The notes under the pieces were generated by a model. It was not told where the DNA came from. It saw nothing but the letters and a program-made list of their open reading frames with translations, and searched no databases. Both the position numbers and the translations under genes were made by a program. A stretch of 39,678 nt of DNA, taken from Nanobdellota archaeon. Lineage in GTDB: Archaea; Nanobdellota; Nanobdellia; Woesearchaeales; WJIZ01. This document shows, one piece after another, positions 26,179 to 35,024 of this stretch; the stretch's first letter is position 1, and every line of letters begins with the position of its first letter. The stretch lies in NCBI GenBank assembly GCA_030647105.1, contig JAUSJW010000003.1, positions 1 to 39,678 on the forward strand. The letters are read 5' to 3'.

Positions 26179-26985
26179 ATGTTATCAGAGGCTCCAGTCA
26201 GGTACCAATTCGACAAAGGAAGAGTCATCGTATCCACCGGCGGGCGATGTCCCGTGGGGTGTCAGTACTGTTATACCTATTCTCCTTCATTCGTAGGGTT
26301 CCCCGAGAGAGAACCTGGACAGGTCGTCGCTGACCTAAGAGCAAATGCAGGTAAGTTTCAGCTAGTTCAGTTAGGATATGACACTGAACTCTTCCTTCCT
26401 GGAAAAGTGGACTCAACATTGCAACTGATGAGGGGAATAGCGGGCATGGGGAAAGATATCTCCTTTGCCACAAGGATGGTCTTGACCCCCCCCACAATAG
26501 ACGCGCTAGCGGATATCTATGCCGGAATGAGGGGCAATAACTCGGTTCTGGTCGCTTTTGAGTCCATTATCGGATACGAGACCGCAAGAAAGTTCGAGCG
26601 CAATGCTCCAGACCCCGAAGAAAGAGTCAAGACCGTACATCGGCTTCATGAGCGCGGAATACCCACGTTTGTTTACGTCCGCCCGCTCATGCCTGTCGTA
26701 ACTGACACAGAAATTGCGCGCCTTTTCGCCGAAACAGAGGGGCATTGTTTAGGCCGCATCGTTGGACCGATGATATACCAACGAGAAATAGCTGAACGAC
26801 TATTTGGAGTTACGGCAGATGAACGAGCGGTGATGCCTTGGGCATTAGACCAACGCGAATGGAATGTTCATCTCGACAAGCGAATCAGGTCATTGATGGC
26901 CTCCAGAGGCGCTTTCTTCCGATCTCAGGATGCGGTCAATTTCGCGCGTCTGTCAATCGGGCTCGAAGCGCGGGTTTGGGCTTAA
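26179..26985 (+). CDS. Radical SAM protein (spore-photoproduct-lyase-like architecture)
   Basis: CPVGCQYCY (CxxxCxxC), FERNAPDPEERV, VRPLMP. Confidence 0.85.
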   Translation: MLSEAPVRYQFDKGRVIVSTGGRCPVGCQYCYTYSPSFVGFPEREPGQVVADLRANAGKFQLVQLGYDTELFLPGKVDSTLQLMRGIAGMGKDISFATRMVLTPPTIDALADIYAGMRGNNSVLVAFESIIGYETARKFERNAPDPEERVKTVHRLHERGIPTFVYVRPLMPVVTDTEIARLFAETEGHCLGRIVGPMIYQREIAERLFGVTADERAVMPWALDQREWNVHLDKRIRSLMASRGAFFRSQDAVNFARLSIGLEARVWA

Positions 26986-27033
26986 TACTCTGCCACAAAA
27001 ACCTTTATAAGAAGCCCAGAACTCTCAAGCTAT

Positions 27034-27144
27034 GCCCCTGTGGCGCAGTAGTAGCGCGTCTGCCTCGTATTGGACAGCATCCTCTCTTTCAGGACCAGTT
27101 CAGAAGTAAGCAGAAGGTCGGGAGTGCGAATCTCCCCGGGGGCA
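27034..27144 (+). tRNA. tRNA-Thr(CGT) with a 39-nt intron at 37/38 (27070-27108)
   Basis: Acceptor GCCCCTG/CGGGGGC, D-stem GCGC/GCGC, anticodon stem TCTGC/GCAGA, spliced loop CTCGTAA, T-arm GGGAG/CTCCC. TATA TTTATAA lies ~25 nt upstream. Confidence 0.9.
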
Positions 27145-27165
27145 TAAGGAGCTCTTCACGCTTTC

Positions 27166-28422
27166 TTAATCTCTATTGGTTGTCTGACGTATGAACCGGG
27201 CGTTCTCGCGCAGAGTCGCAATGTCGCTTCTTCCTTCCACGTTTGCTCCGGCGTAGCTCATGCTGGAGCGTATCCCACCTTGAAAATCAAAGAGGACGCG
27301 ATCTGTGGACCCCAAGATAGGCATCCAACGATCAAGCCCCTCGGGCGCTTCGGCGCCCCTACATCCTCGTTGTTCTCTTGCGTACTGACTAGCGCTTCCA
27401 TAGACATGTACAATCCCTTCTCTTCTTCTTTCTTCAAAGTGCGCGCTCTTGTCTGTTCGTCCAAGGAGCGTGCCCATCATCAGCGCATCCGCACCTGCCG
27501 CAAGATAGCACGCACCGATACCAGAATTTGAAATGCCCCCATCTCCAACGAGGAATGCTTTTTTTGAGCTAAAATACTTAACAACAAGAGATACGAAATA
27601 AATTCCTGAAATCATGGGCATCCCGGCCCAGGTCTCGCGACTTGTCGAGCACTGCTGTCCCGGTCCTATCCCTACCTTGATTCCGTCAGCTCCGGCCTCG
27701 AGAAGTTCATAGGCGGCCATCGCAGTGACAACATTTCCAACGACTAGGAGGGTATCAAGTTGATTATCCTTGATATATTTTCGCGCAAGACGAACGGCGC
27801 CGCCGGTTTCAGAACCTCGTTCCACCATGCCGGGATAAAGTCCATGGGGGGCATCAATGACAATCATGTCGATTCCGGCGTCAAGAAGTCTTGGCATTCG
27901 TTCCGAGAAACCATTAAGCGAGGGCACCGCGGCAGCGACAAGCAATCGACCATCTTTGGTCGCAGGCACACTTGTTGCGCTCCTATAACTAAGGGGAGTG
28001 GTAGGGGCTGATTTGACTGCGTCGATTTCACGTAACTGGGTTTCAATATCTCCGAACTGGTGAAGTACTGCCAATCCGCCCATTTGACCAAACAGAATCG
28101 CGAACTCCGCGTCAACGACGAAATCCATATTGGCGGCGAGTACGGGAAAGGGGAGCTTTAATCCACCCAGAGTTGTGGTGGTATCGGTGTCGCTTCTGCT
28201 GTGAGTACCGTAACAGGAAACCAGTTTTATATCGGCAGGAGACAGAGCGCCTTGGTGATTAAGAAACTCGAGCCAGACCAGCTGGCCTAACTTATAGCTA
28301 TCTCTCGCGTCTGCCTCTGTCTGCATCTCACCCGTGAGCGTCCAAACTCCGCTTTCTTTTACAATACCCAGGCGCTCGCGATCTTTCTGCATCAGCTCCG
28401 CAAGAGTATCATCTAACCCCAT
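27166..28422 (-). CDS. IMP dehydrogenase / GMP reductase family protein (divergent, no CBS domains)
   Basis: AANMD, IDAPHG, VVGNV, KVGIGPGQQCST (catalytic Cys), DGGI, YGSAS, APEG, GGIRSSMSYAGA. Confidence 0.85.
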   Translation of the reverse strand: MGLDDTLAELMQKDRERLGIVKESGVWTLTGEMQTEADARDSYKLGQLVWLEFLNHQGALSPADIKLVSCYGTHSRSDTDTTTTLGGLKLPFPVLAANMDFVVDAEFAILFGQMGGLAVLHQFGDIETQLREIDAVKSAPTTPLSYRSATSVPATKDGRLLVAAAVPSLNGFSERMPRLLDAGIDMIVIDAPHGLYPGMVERGSETGGAVRLARKYIKDNQLDTLLVVGNVVTAMAAYELLEAGADGIKVGIGPGQQCSTSRETWAGMPMISGIYFVSLVVKYFSSKKAFLVGDGGISNSGIGACYLAAGADALMMGTLLGRTDKSAHFEERRREGIVHVYGSASQYAREQRGCRGAEAPEGLDRWMPILGSTDRVLFDFQGGIRSSMSYAGANVEGRSDIATLRENARFIRQTTNRD

Positions 28423-28473
28423 GCCTCTCGAGAATGCTTTATGATATAAAAAGCTGACTTATCTCTCTTTTCT

Positions 28474-28629
28474 GCGTACAATCCCCCCAACCTCTTCCGC
28501 ATGGAGCTCTCGCGGTTCTGGCGCTTATTGTATTATGTCACCGAAGACGAAACCAAAATCGTTTCTGTGGTATTCGAAATCTGCAGTCATGAAGCGTACG
28601 ACGGAATCTTCGGGTATCGCAAGAATTAA
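28474..28629 (+). pseudogene. C-terminal remnant of an archaeal RelE/ParE-like toxin gene
   Basis: Frame reads AYNPPNLFRMELSRFWRLLYYVTEDETKIVSVVFEICSHEAYDGIFGYRKN*. An in-frame stop at 28447-28449 removes the N-terminal half. Confidence 0.6.
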
Positions 28630-28661
28630 GGATGTCTATTTTTTTGTACAAATGTACCACA

Positions 28662-31454
28662 TTACACTAAGTTTACCTTCCCATACTTCCCCTCAAACGC
28701 CTTCACGCACTTCGGAGAATTCTTCAAAATGCGTTTGATGGTATTCACGACCGAAGGCGTCTTCTTCGCGTCGAGAGTCTTCAGGACATCGACGAGAATC
28801 TTCGCGACATCAGCATGGTACTCGCCCTCCATCTGGTCGATGGCCCCAAAGGTGGTCAGCAGCCGGCCGGTGGTGTACTCGTTAATCGGCGACAATTTCT
28901 TCAGAATCTCAGTCAGGTACTCTCTTCCGGAATCTGTCTGCAGTGATGTCCTGCGATTCGCGCAGAACGACCCGTACAGCGCGCGCTGGTCGTTTGTCTG
29001 CTCAATCCTGAAATTCGGTGACTTCTCAATCCGCTTCATGATTCCGATGCAGTCGTCGCTGTCATTCCCGCCCGCAATACCCAAAAACGACTCCCAGCTC
29101 ACAAGGCTCTTCTTGGCTTGCGCTTCAAACGCTTCCAGAACTGCCATCTTGTCCTTCGCCGAGCTGTTGAGGTACAAAGAGAACGCCGAGTTCCTGTCGG
29201 TCGCGCAACTTCCTTGCGCAATCTGCTTTTTGAGAATCGCGTGAACATGAGGAGTATCCAATTTGGAGAGCAGCCCAAGCGCTGTGTTCTTCACCTGTCT
29301 CGCCTTAATCATCCGAACTTGCTTTTCGACGTATGTTCCTTGAGGCTTAACGTTAGCGTACGCGGAGTACATCTTGAGCAGCTCTTTTTCATGCAGCGTT
29401 CCAATCCGTGTGAGAATCTGTTTGCGCGCGTCATACAGCTTCTGGTACGCGTGCCGGTATCTATTATCCTCGACAGATTCGAAAATAGCGATAATCTGCG
29501 GCCCCACGCTGTCCATCAGGCGTTTATCGGAAAGGAGCGAAAAATATAGCGAAGTGAACCGATTGCCAACCTCTTTCTTCCCCTCGATAAGCTCAAGTTT
29601 CTCCTTGTCAGCGAGGCGGTAGAACGCGAGGTACCGGTTCACGATGTCCGAATCCTTCATCGCCTGCAGGTAAAGCTCCTCATCGCTCGCGTCAGAGGCC
29701 GCCTTTCCATAGAACGACCCGCTGCGATTTAGGGAAAGAAATCCTACAGGCCGCTTCACGGCGTCAAAGAGCATCTCCTGCTCCGGTTTCTGCATCCACA
29801 CGCTCTGCTCCTGGATGTCTTTTCCAGTAGCGTCGACAACAGCGGCGGTAATCGGAAACTCCCAGCGCTTCTTGCCCTTCTGCTTCAGGCGTAGTGTTAG
29901 TTTCCCTTTAGACGTAAGCGTCTTCGCTTCAACAATAGGGTATCCTGTCTGCTTGAGCCACAGCCGGGCCATCTCAGTAAGTTTCAATCCCGAAACTTCT
30001 TCCATCGCTTCCACCCACTGCTGGCGCGACGCGTTGGCGTGCTGGTAGCGCGAATGGTAGAGGTGCAGTCCTTTCGCGAATTTCTCCTTTCCGAGCAGCG
30101 TCTCAATCATGCGCACGAATTCAGGCGCCTTCACGTAGGTCATGCCCGTAATCAGCTCGTTGGGGTCGTTGAATCCCTCAGGCTCAATCGGCATGCTCGC
30201 GGCGCTCTCGTCTAAACTAAAGGTGCCACCGACAGGCGCCAGCAAGTCCTGCACCGTATCCAACCTCGAGTAGTCTTCTCCGAAAAGGAACGCATGGTAT
30301 TTCGTCTCGATGAATACTGTCACAGCCTCGTTGAGCCAGATTTCAAAGGGCGAGCGTCCGGTCACTTCGCTTCCGTTTAGATTATGATAAAACTCGTGCA
30401 CCTTGACCCGAATCATGTATTCGAACGCGCCGTCCGACATCTCCGAAAAAGGCATAATCCGATTGGTCGTAATCGTCGTGTTTCCTACATTTTCCATGCC
30501 GCCGAAATCAGAGTTCTGCATCCCGATTTCGCGGTACACGGTCCCTGTATATTGATAGCCTGACGCAATCTTCTTGACTTTTTCTCGTAATTCCTCCCTT
30601 ATTCTTGTCACGTCCTTCCCTTCTTTCTTAAGCTGTTCCCGTTTTTCAACCAGCGACTTTAGCTCATGCCTCAATTCCAAATTCGTATACATCTCAGGGC
30701 CTGTAAACAAGTAAATCCAGAGGATGCCGTCGTGCAGGATGTCAAGCGCGTGTTCAGCCGCTTCCTTATCGTTTCCCGGCGGCACGAGCAGCTCAAGAAG
30801 GAACTTCTTGCCGTCTGGATACTCGAACTCTCGCGTGAAAGAAGCGTACGTTCCGCACCCCAAAAAGAAGAGATACGTCGCCATCGGCGTCACGGCGTTG
30901 TCATAGCGTATCCTGTCCCTCCCTTTTCCAGCACTCTCCCGGGGAATGGACACATCACCATTCGTCAAAAGATGAGTATACCTCGAATCCGCGATAATCG
31001 TCGTCTTGTACGTGCACTTCGCCGTCATGTCGTCGATGCACGGCACAATCCTTTGAAATCCCCACTGCTGGCACTGGGTAATCAACTGGCACGGCGCGTT
31101 CTTCGGCGTCTCGTCATAATACAGGCCCTCGAGAACATTCTTGGTCGGCCTGCACGTCGTCTCTGTATGAATCGTGAACGATTTCCCCTTCTTCACTGGA
31201 TTCTTGAACTTAATTTTCAAAAGGTCCTTATCTTTATCATAAGAGAATTCGACATCCTCGCAGTCGCACTCGACCGCGTGAATTTTAAGCTCCTTCGCGT
31301 TCAGCTCCATCTCTTTCAAATCAATCTTAGCGGTGAGGTGAATGTCGGAACTGACATGCGTCTCCTTCTCGTGCATGTCGAACACCAGATCCATATGCTC
31401 GACGTTGACTTTCAAAGCCCCGAAATCCTCCGGAGTGAACTTGAATTCGCGCAT
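28662..31454 (-). CDS. pepN: M1 family aminopeptidase N
   Basis: TQCQQWGF, GGMEN, HEFYH-x18-E (WLNEA), distal Tyr in MTYVK, C-terminal helical domain. Confidence 0.93.
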   Translation of the reverse strand: MREFKFTPEDFGALKVNVEHMDLVFDMHEKETHVSSDIHLTAKIDLKEMELNAKELKIHAVECDCEDVEFSYDKDKDLLKIKFKNPVKKGKSFTIHTETTCRPTKNVLEGLYYDETPKNAPCQLITQCQQWGFQRIVPCIDDMTAKCTYKTTIIADSRYTHLLTNGDVSIPRESAGKGRDRIRYDNAVTPMATYLFFLGCGTYASFTREFEYPDGKKFLLELLVPPGNDKEAAEHALDILHDGILWIYLFTGPEMYTNLELRHELKSLVEKREQLKKEGKDVTRIREELREKVKKIASGYQYTGTVYREIGMQNSDFGGMENVGNTTITTNRIMPFSEMSDGAFEYMIRVKVHEFYHNLNGSEVTGRSPFEIWLNEAVTVFIETKYHAFLFGEDYSRLDTVQDLLAPVGGTFSLDESAASMPIEPEGFNDPNELITGMTYVKAPEFVRMIETLLGKEKFAKGLHLYHSRYQHANASRQQWVEAMEEVSGLKLTEMARLWLKQTGYPIVEAKTLTSKGKLTLRLKQKGKKRWEFPITAAVVDATGKDIQEQSVWMQKPEQEMLFDAVKRPVGFLSLNRSGSFYGKAASDASDEELYLQAMKDSDIVNRYLAFYRLADKEKLELIEGKKEVGNRFTSLYFSLLSDKRLMDSVGPQIIAIFESVEDNRYRHAYQKLYDARKQILTRIGTLHEKELLKMYSAYANVKPQGTYVEKQVRMIKARQVKNTALGLLSKLDTPHVHAILKKQIAQGSCATDRNSAFSLYLNSSAKDKMAVLEAFEAQAKKSLVSWESFLGIAGGNDSDDCIGIMKRIEKSPNFRIEQTNDQRALYGSFCANRRTSLQTDSGREYLTEILKKLSPINEYTTGRLLTTFGAIDQMEGEYHADVAKILVDVLKTLDAKKTPSVVNTIKRILKNSPKCVKAFEGKYGKVNLV

Positions 31455-31506
31455 GGAAAGAGTTCAGACTGCCCCTCTTATATAGTTTGCGCACTGATTC
31501 GCGAAT

Positions 31507-31956
31507 CTACTCTCTAGGGGGTCTTTCCAGCGCATATGCAACCATGGCCCTGATATGATACTCCTTTTCCTTCTGAGATAAAGGAAGAATATCGGCAAAT
31601 ATAGCGTCTCTGTAATGATCACTAATCATTCTGCGCATACAATGGACCTGAGAGGGAGAGAGCTCCTCTTGAGTTTCCCTAACTGAAGCACTATAAATCG
31701 TCTTCACCAAGGCATCTATTCTCCACTTACCTAACGCTTTCTGAAACTGTTGTTGACCTTGGTTGTCTGATGCAAGGAGTCTGCTCAATGGGCCTTCACG
31801 TGCTTCTTCTAGGAGCACCACATAATCAATATCGCCATGGCTATGATCTAGGAAGCGGACTCGGCCCGCCATTTGATCCAGATAATTCCCACGAGAAGCA
31901 AGGGCCGGATCAGGATCCGCTAGCCAGACTACAGTTTTCCCTCCAATGTGTACCAT
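31507..31956 (-). CDS. Hypothetical protein, tandem paralogue 3
   Basis: SD AGGTGA; KTVVWLAD, MA, DIDYVVLL, C-terminal VAYALERPP. Confidence 0.75.
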   Translation of the reverse strand: MVHIGGKTVVWLADPDPALASRGNYLDQMAGRVRFLDHSHGDIDYVVLLEEAREGPLSRLLASDNQGQQQFQKALGKWRIDALVKTIYSASVRETQEELSPSQVHCMRRMISDHYRDAIFADILPLSQKEKEYHIRAMVAYALERPPRE

Positions 31957-31959
31957 TGT

Positions 31960-32439
31960 TCACCTTTTATCAGGAGCGGGTGTGAGCGCATAAGCGACTA
32001 TCCCATGGAGGTCGGTTATTACACTCAGTGGCGCACGCAGGGTCCCGGGGGTGAGCCGCCTCTTGTAGAACTCAGGTCTCACGACCGATTGAGGATCCAC
32101 GGCACTAGCATATGCATGGATAGCCATCATAGCGGAAGATACATCTCGACCTCCATACCCCTCTTTGTGGCCCATACATAGAATGATGTGTCTAACAAAT
32201 ACATCAAGACCGCTTTCTGTTAAGGCCCTTTGGAAAAAATCCGTCGTACGTGGGACTACAGTCGTATCGCCCATATCGAACTTCTCCCTAACCCCGCTCA
32301 ACAATAACGCATAGGGTGGTAAGCCTTGGGTTTCTGTATACTCCTTAATGCCAAGAGCCATCTCTCCCATGAAGAGAGGCGAAGTGATGGGCGCAAGTGT
32401 TTGTCTGTATTGCACCAGCGCTACTTTTTCTTCTGCCAT
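31960..32439 (-). CDS. Hypothetical protein, tandem paralogue 2
   Basis: SD GAGGTGA; FMGEMA, PYALLLSG, C-terminal GIVAYALTPAP. Confidence 0.75.
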   Translation of the reverse strand: MAEEKVALVQYRQTLAPITSPLFMGEMALGIKEYTETQGLPPYALLLSGVREKFDMGDTTVVPRTTDFFQRALTESGLDVFVRHIILCMGHKEGYGGRDVSSAMMAIHAYASAVDPQSVVRPEFYKRRLTPGTLRAPLSVITDLHGIVAYALTPAPDKR

Positions 32440-32443
32440 TTTT

Positions 32444-32905
32444 TCACCTCATTGTAGCTTGCGCAGGAGCCAAAAGCGTAACCGGAACTATCGGCGCGCG
32501 CGTAAGCGCGTAAACGCCTATCCCATATACTACCGGGTCTTTCACGTCGTAATTTTGGAAACTTTCGATCCCCTGGTCGGTGTCTCCGCGAACTGCCAGA
32601 GCCGCGCAGTGAAATGGCATTCCCAGTGGCCTTGTATCCATACCCAAGCCTAGCTCCCTAATTTGGACATTCTGTCCACCTTCTCTTAATGCACTCTGGA
32701 ATTCTTGCGTCCAGGTAGCTAGATACTCCGCAGCCGGATTATAAACCTCCCCACTACGTCCACTCATTACCGCGACATAGTCAATCGGTCCACATCGATC
32801 CCACGCCAAAACCTCTTCCGCCATCTTTCTTTTGAAATCGGGCTGGTCTATCGCATGCTCTGTATCTAAAAGCCACAGCAATGTTTTTTCTCTCGGTTCA
32901 CCCAT
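32444..32905 (-). CDS. Hypothetical protein, tandem paralogue 1
   Basis: Start moved to the ATG at 32905 after SD AGGTGA; KTLLWLLD, FKRKMA, PIDYVAVMSG, C-terminal GIGVYALTRAP. Confidence 0.75.
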   Translation of the reverse strand: MGEPREKTLLWLLDTEHAIDQPDFKRKMAEEVLAWDRCGPIDYVAVMSGRSGEVYNPAAEYLATWTQEFQSALREGGQNVQIRELGLGMDTRPLGMPFHCAALAVRGDTDQGIESFQNYDVKDPVVYGIGVYALTRAPIVPVTLLAPAQATMR

Positions 32906-32961
32906 CTGTTTCACCTATTTGTAACCACTAGTAGATAGTAGCTTATATTTATAGAAGAAGC

Positions 32962-32974
32962 CCCCCTAAGGGGG
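32962..32974. promoter_or_regulatory. Palindromic candidate operator between divergent TATA boxes
   Basis: CCCCC-TAA-GGGGG between a minus-strand TATA (~32943-32953) and a plus-strand TATA (~32989-32996). Confidence 0.4.
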
Positions 32975-33017
32975 AAACTAACAGAAGTTTTTTATAGCCG
33001 GCAAGACGCGCATATCC

Positions 33018-33773
33018 ATGAATCTCTCCGAACTCAGAAACATCGGCCTTACCGAAGGAGAGCTCAAAATCTACGGCGCACTTTTGGAGCATGGCGAGGC
33101 CACGCGCCAGGAACTCACAAAAAGGTCCGGCATCAGCTCATCAAAAATCTATGAAGTAGCGAACCATCTGGCAGCCAAGGGTCTCATTTCCATGGTAAAG
33201 AAGAACGACGTGCTCCATTTCAGCGCCGCGAATCCAGGCAGGCTGGAAAGCTTCCTCCAGAAGAAAGAAGAGGAGCTGAGTAAAGAGCGTGATATCGTAA
33301 AGAATCTGCTCCCAACGTTGCAGATGCGATATCTGGATGCGAGCGAAGAAGCGAATGTTGAAGTTTTCTATGGCTGGGAAGGCATGGAGACTGCCTTCGA
33401 CGACCTCGCAAACGCTCTCGGACCGAAAGATAAAAGCGAAGTCTTCGGCGCTTCCAAGGGTTATGATAACCAGCAGGCCGATATCTTCTTCAGCCGATTT
33501 TACCAGAAAAAACGAAAGAAAGGCTTTGCCACAAAAATAATCTTTAATGAGGATATGCGTGGCAGCCCCCGTATTGATCTCTTCAAGCAAGCGCCAAACC
33601 AATGCAGGTTCCTTCATCAGGACACGTATACAGAAATAAACACCTACAAAAAGGTCGTGCTCTTTGTCATGCTCCTTAAGAAACCGATTGTCATCCGGAT
33701 TACAAGCGAAGAAGCCGCTAACTCCTTTAGAACTTATTTTGAATCATTGTGGAAACAAGCGAGCGCGAAGTGA
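33018..33773 (+). CDS. TrmB family transcriptional regulator
   Basis: N-terminal wHTH (LRNIGLTEGELKIY...SSKIYE...KGLIS), VEVFYGWEG, C-terminal FESLWKQA. Confidence 0.88.
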   Translation: MNLSELRNIGLTEGELKIYGALLEHGEATRQELTKRSGISSSKIYEVANHLAAKGLISMVKKNDVLHFSAANPGRLESFLQKKEEELSKERDIVKNLLPTLQMRYLDASEEANVEVFYGWEGMETAFDDLANALGPKDKSEVFGASKGYDNQQADIFFSRFYQKKRKKGFATKIIFNEDMRGSPRIDLFKQAPNQCRFLHQDTYTEINTYKKVVLFVMLLKKPIVIRITSEEAANSFRTYFESLWKQASAK

Positions 33774-33781
33774 CTCTTTCT

Positions 33782-34993
33782 CTATTCATACCTTAAACTC
33801 TCAACCGGCCTCAGCGCCGCGGCTTGTTTCGCGGGCAGAATCCCCGACACCGCCCCGACTAAGAACGCGAACCCAATACATCCGAACGTCAGATACCAAG
33901 GGAAGACGGGCTTCAAAAGCGCGAAGCCGGATGCCGCGGCGGCGGCCCCTCCGACGCTCGCGACCATCCACCCAAGAAGCACTCCAAGAACCCCTCCGAC
34001 AAGTCCCAAAAACCCAGACTCGAAGATGAACACCAGCAAAATAGTGTGATTCGCCGCGCCAATCGCCTTCATGATGCCAATCTCTTTCGTCCGCTCGAGC
34101 ACCGCCGTATACATCGTGTTCATGATATTCACACCGGCGACAATCACGGAAATCAGGCCGATAAGATAGAGGATGCCCTTGAGCACGTTGATGATGGCGT
34201 TGAAAGTTGCGAGCGCATCCGCGAATGTCTGGACAAAGAAATCCTCCTTGCCTTCCTCCTGCCCCTTGTGCTTGCGCAATCTTTCCGTGATGCGGTCCGC
34301 GAGCTCCTCAGCAGGCGTATCAGCAGACGCGCGCACAACCATCCAGCCGTACGTATCTTTGGTTTCAGGATACAACTCCTCAAACCCCTCCTTGGAGATG
34401 TAGATGTTCGCGTCATCGCTTGGGTTGCCCACCTCGCTGTAGAACCCGACGACCTTGAGCTCCTTCCCGTTCAGTTCAATCGTATCCCCGACAGAAATCT
34501 TCTTCTTGAACACTTTTTGAGGGAGCTGATAATTGTAGCCCAGTGCGACCGCGTCGGTCTCTCCCTTGCGCAGTTGCCTTCCCGCTACCACATGCGTCGC
34601 GAAGGTCTGGCTGACCAGCTCTTCCTGTTTGAGGTCGAAGCCAATCAGGTACCGGTACTTTTGCTCATCCTTCCAAGCAATCTTCCCGGCTTTCATGTAG
34701 AGCGGCGCGACCTCGTCCGTGCCCCGGATTTTCGAGATGAACTCCGCGTCGTCCTGAGTCAGCTGGAAATTCTCGTCCGTGCCCGGAGCGCCGATGCCTC
34801 TCGCCTGAACAAATAGCTTGTCAACGCCGGCCTCTTCCGCGAGGCTGTCCACGTACGCCTGAAGGCCCAGACCAAAGCTCACGAGCGCGTAGATGGCCAT
34901 GATACCAATGAGGATGGAGAGCGAGGTCAGAAGGCTCCTCGTCTTCCTGTGCGCGAGATTAGAGAGCGAATACTTGAAGATGTCAAGGTTCAT
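33782..34993 (-). CDS. ABC transporter permease, MacB/FtsX family
   Basis: RKTRSLLTSLSILIGI, NTMYTAVLERTKEIGIMKAIGA, PVESLRYE. Confidence 0.93.
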   Translation of the reverse strand: MNLDIFKYSLSNLAHRKTRSLLTSLSILIGIMAIYALVSFGLGLQAYVDSLAEEAGVDKLFVQARGIGAPGTDENFQLTQDDAEFISKIRGTDEVAPLYMKAGKIAWKDEQKYRYLIGFDLKQEELVSQTFATHVVAGRQLRKGETDAVALGYNYQLPQKVFKKKISVGDTIELNGKELKVVGFYSEVGNPSDDANIYISKEGFEELYPETKDTYGWMVVRASADTPAEELADRITERLRKHKGQEEGKEDFFVQTFADALATFNAIINVLKGILYLIGLISVIVAGVNIMNTMYTAVLERTKEIGIMKAIGAANHTILLVFIFESGFLGLVGGVLGVLLGWMVASVGGAAAAASGFALLKPVFPWYLTFGCIGFAFLVGAVSGILPAKQAAALRPVESLRYE

Positions 34994-35024
34994 TGAGAAA
35001 TCAGCCTCCGTGAACCTTCAATCA

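Noticed and set aside
27064-27109. Alternative anticodon (Tyr GTA) for the second tRNA
   Set aside because: With the TCTGC/GCAGA stem, plausible junctions give a 7-nt loop with an NGT (Thr) anticodon, and the G1-C72/C2-G71 pairs fit Thr.
5501-32974. Shared 11-mer CCCTAAGGGGG (minus 5501-5511; plus 32964-32974) as a common TrmB operator
   Set aside because: One low-complexity 11-mer match is plausible by chance, and the first copy is explained as a hairpin arm.
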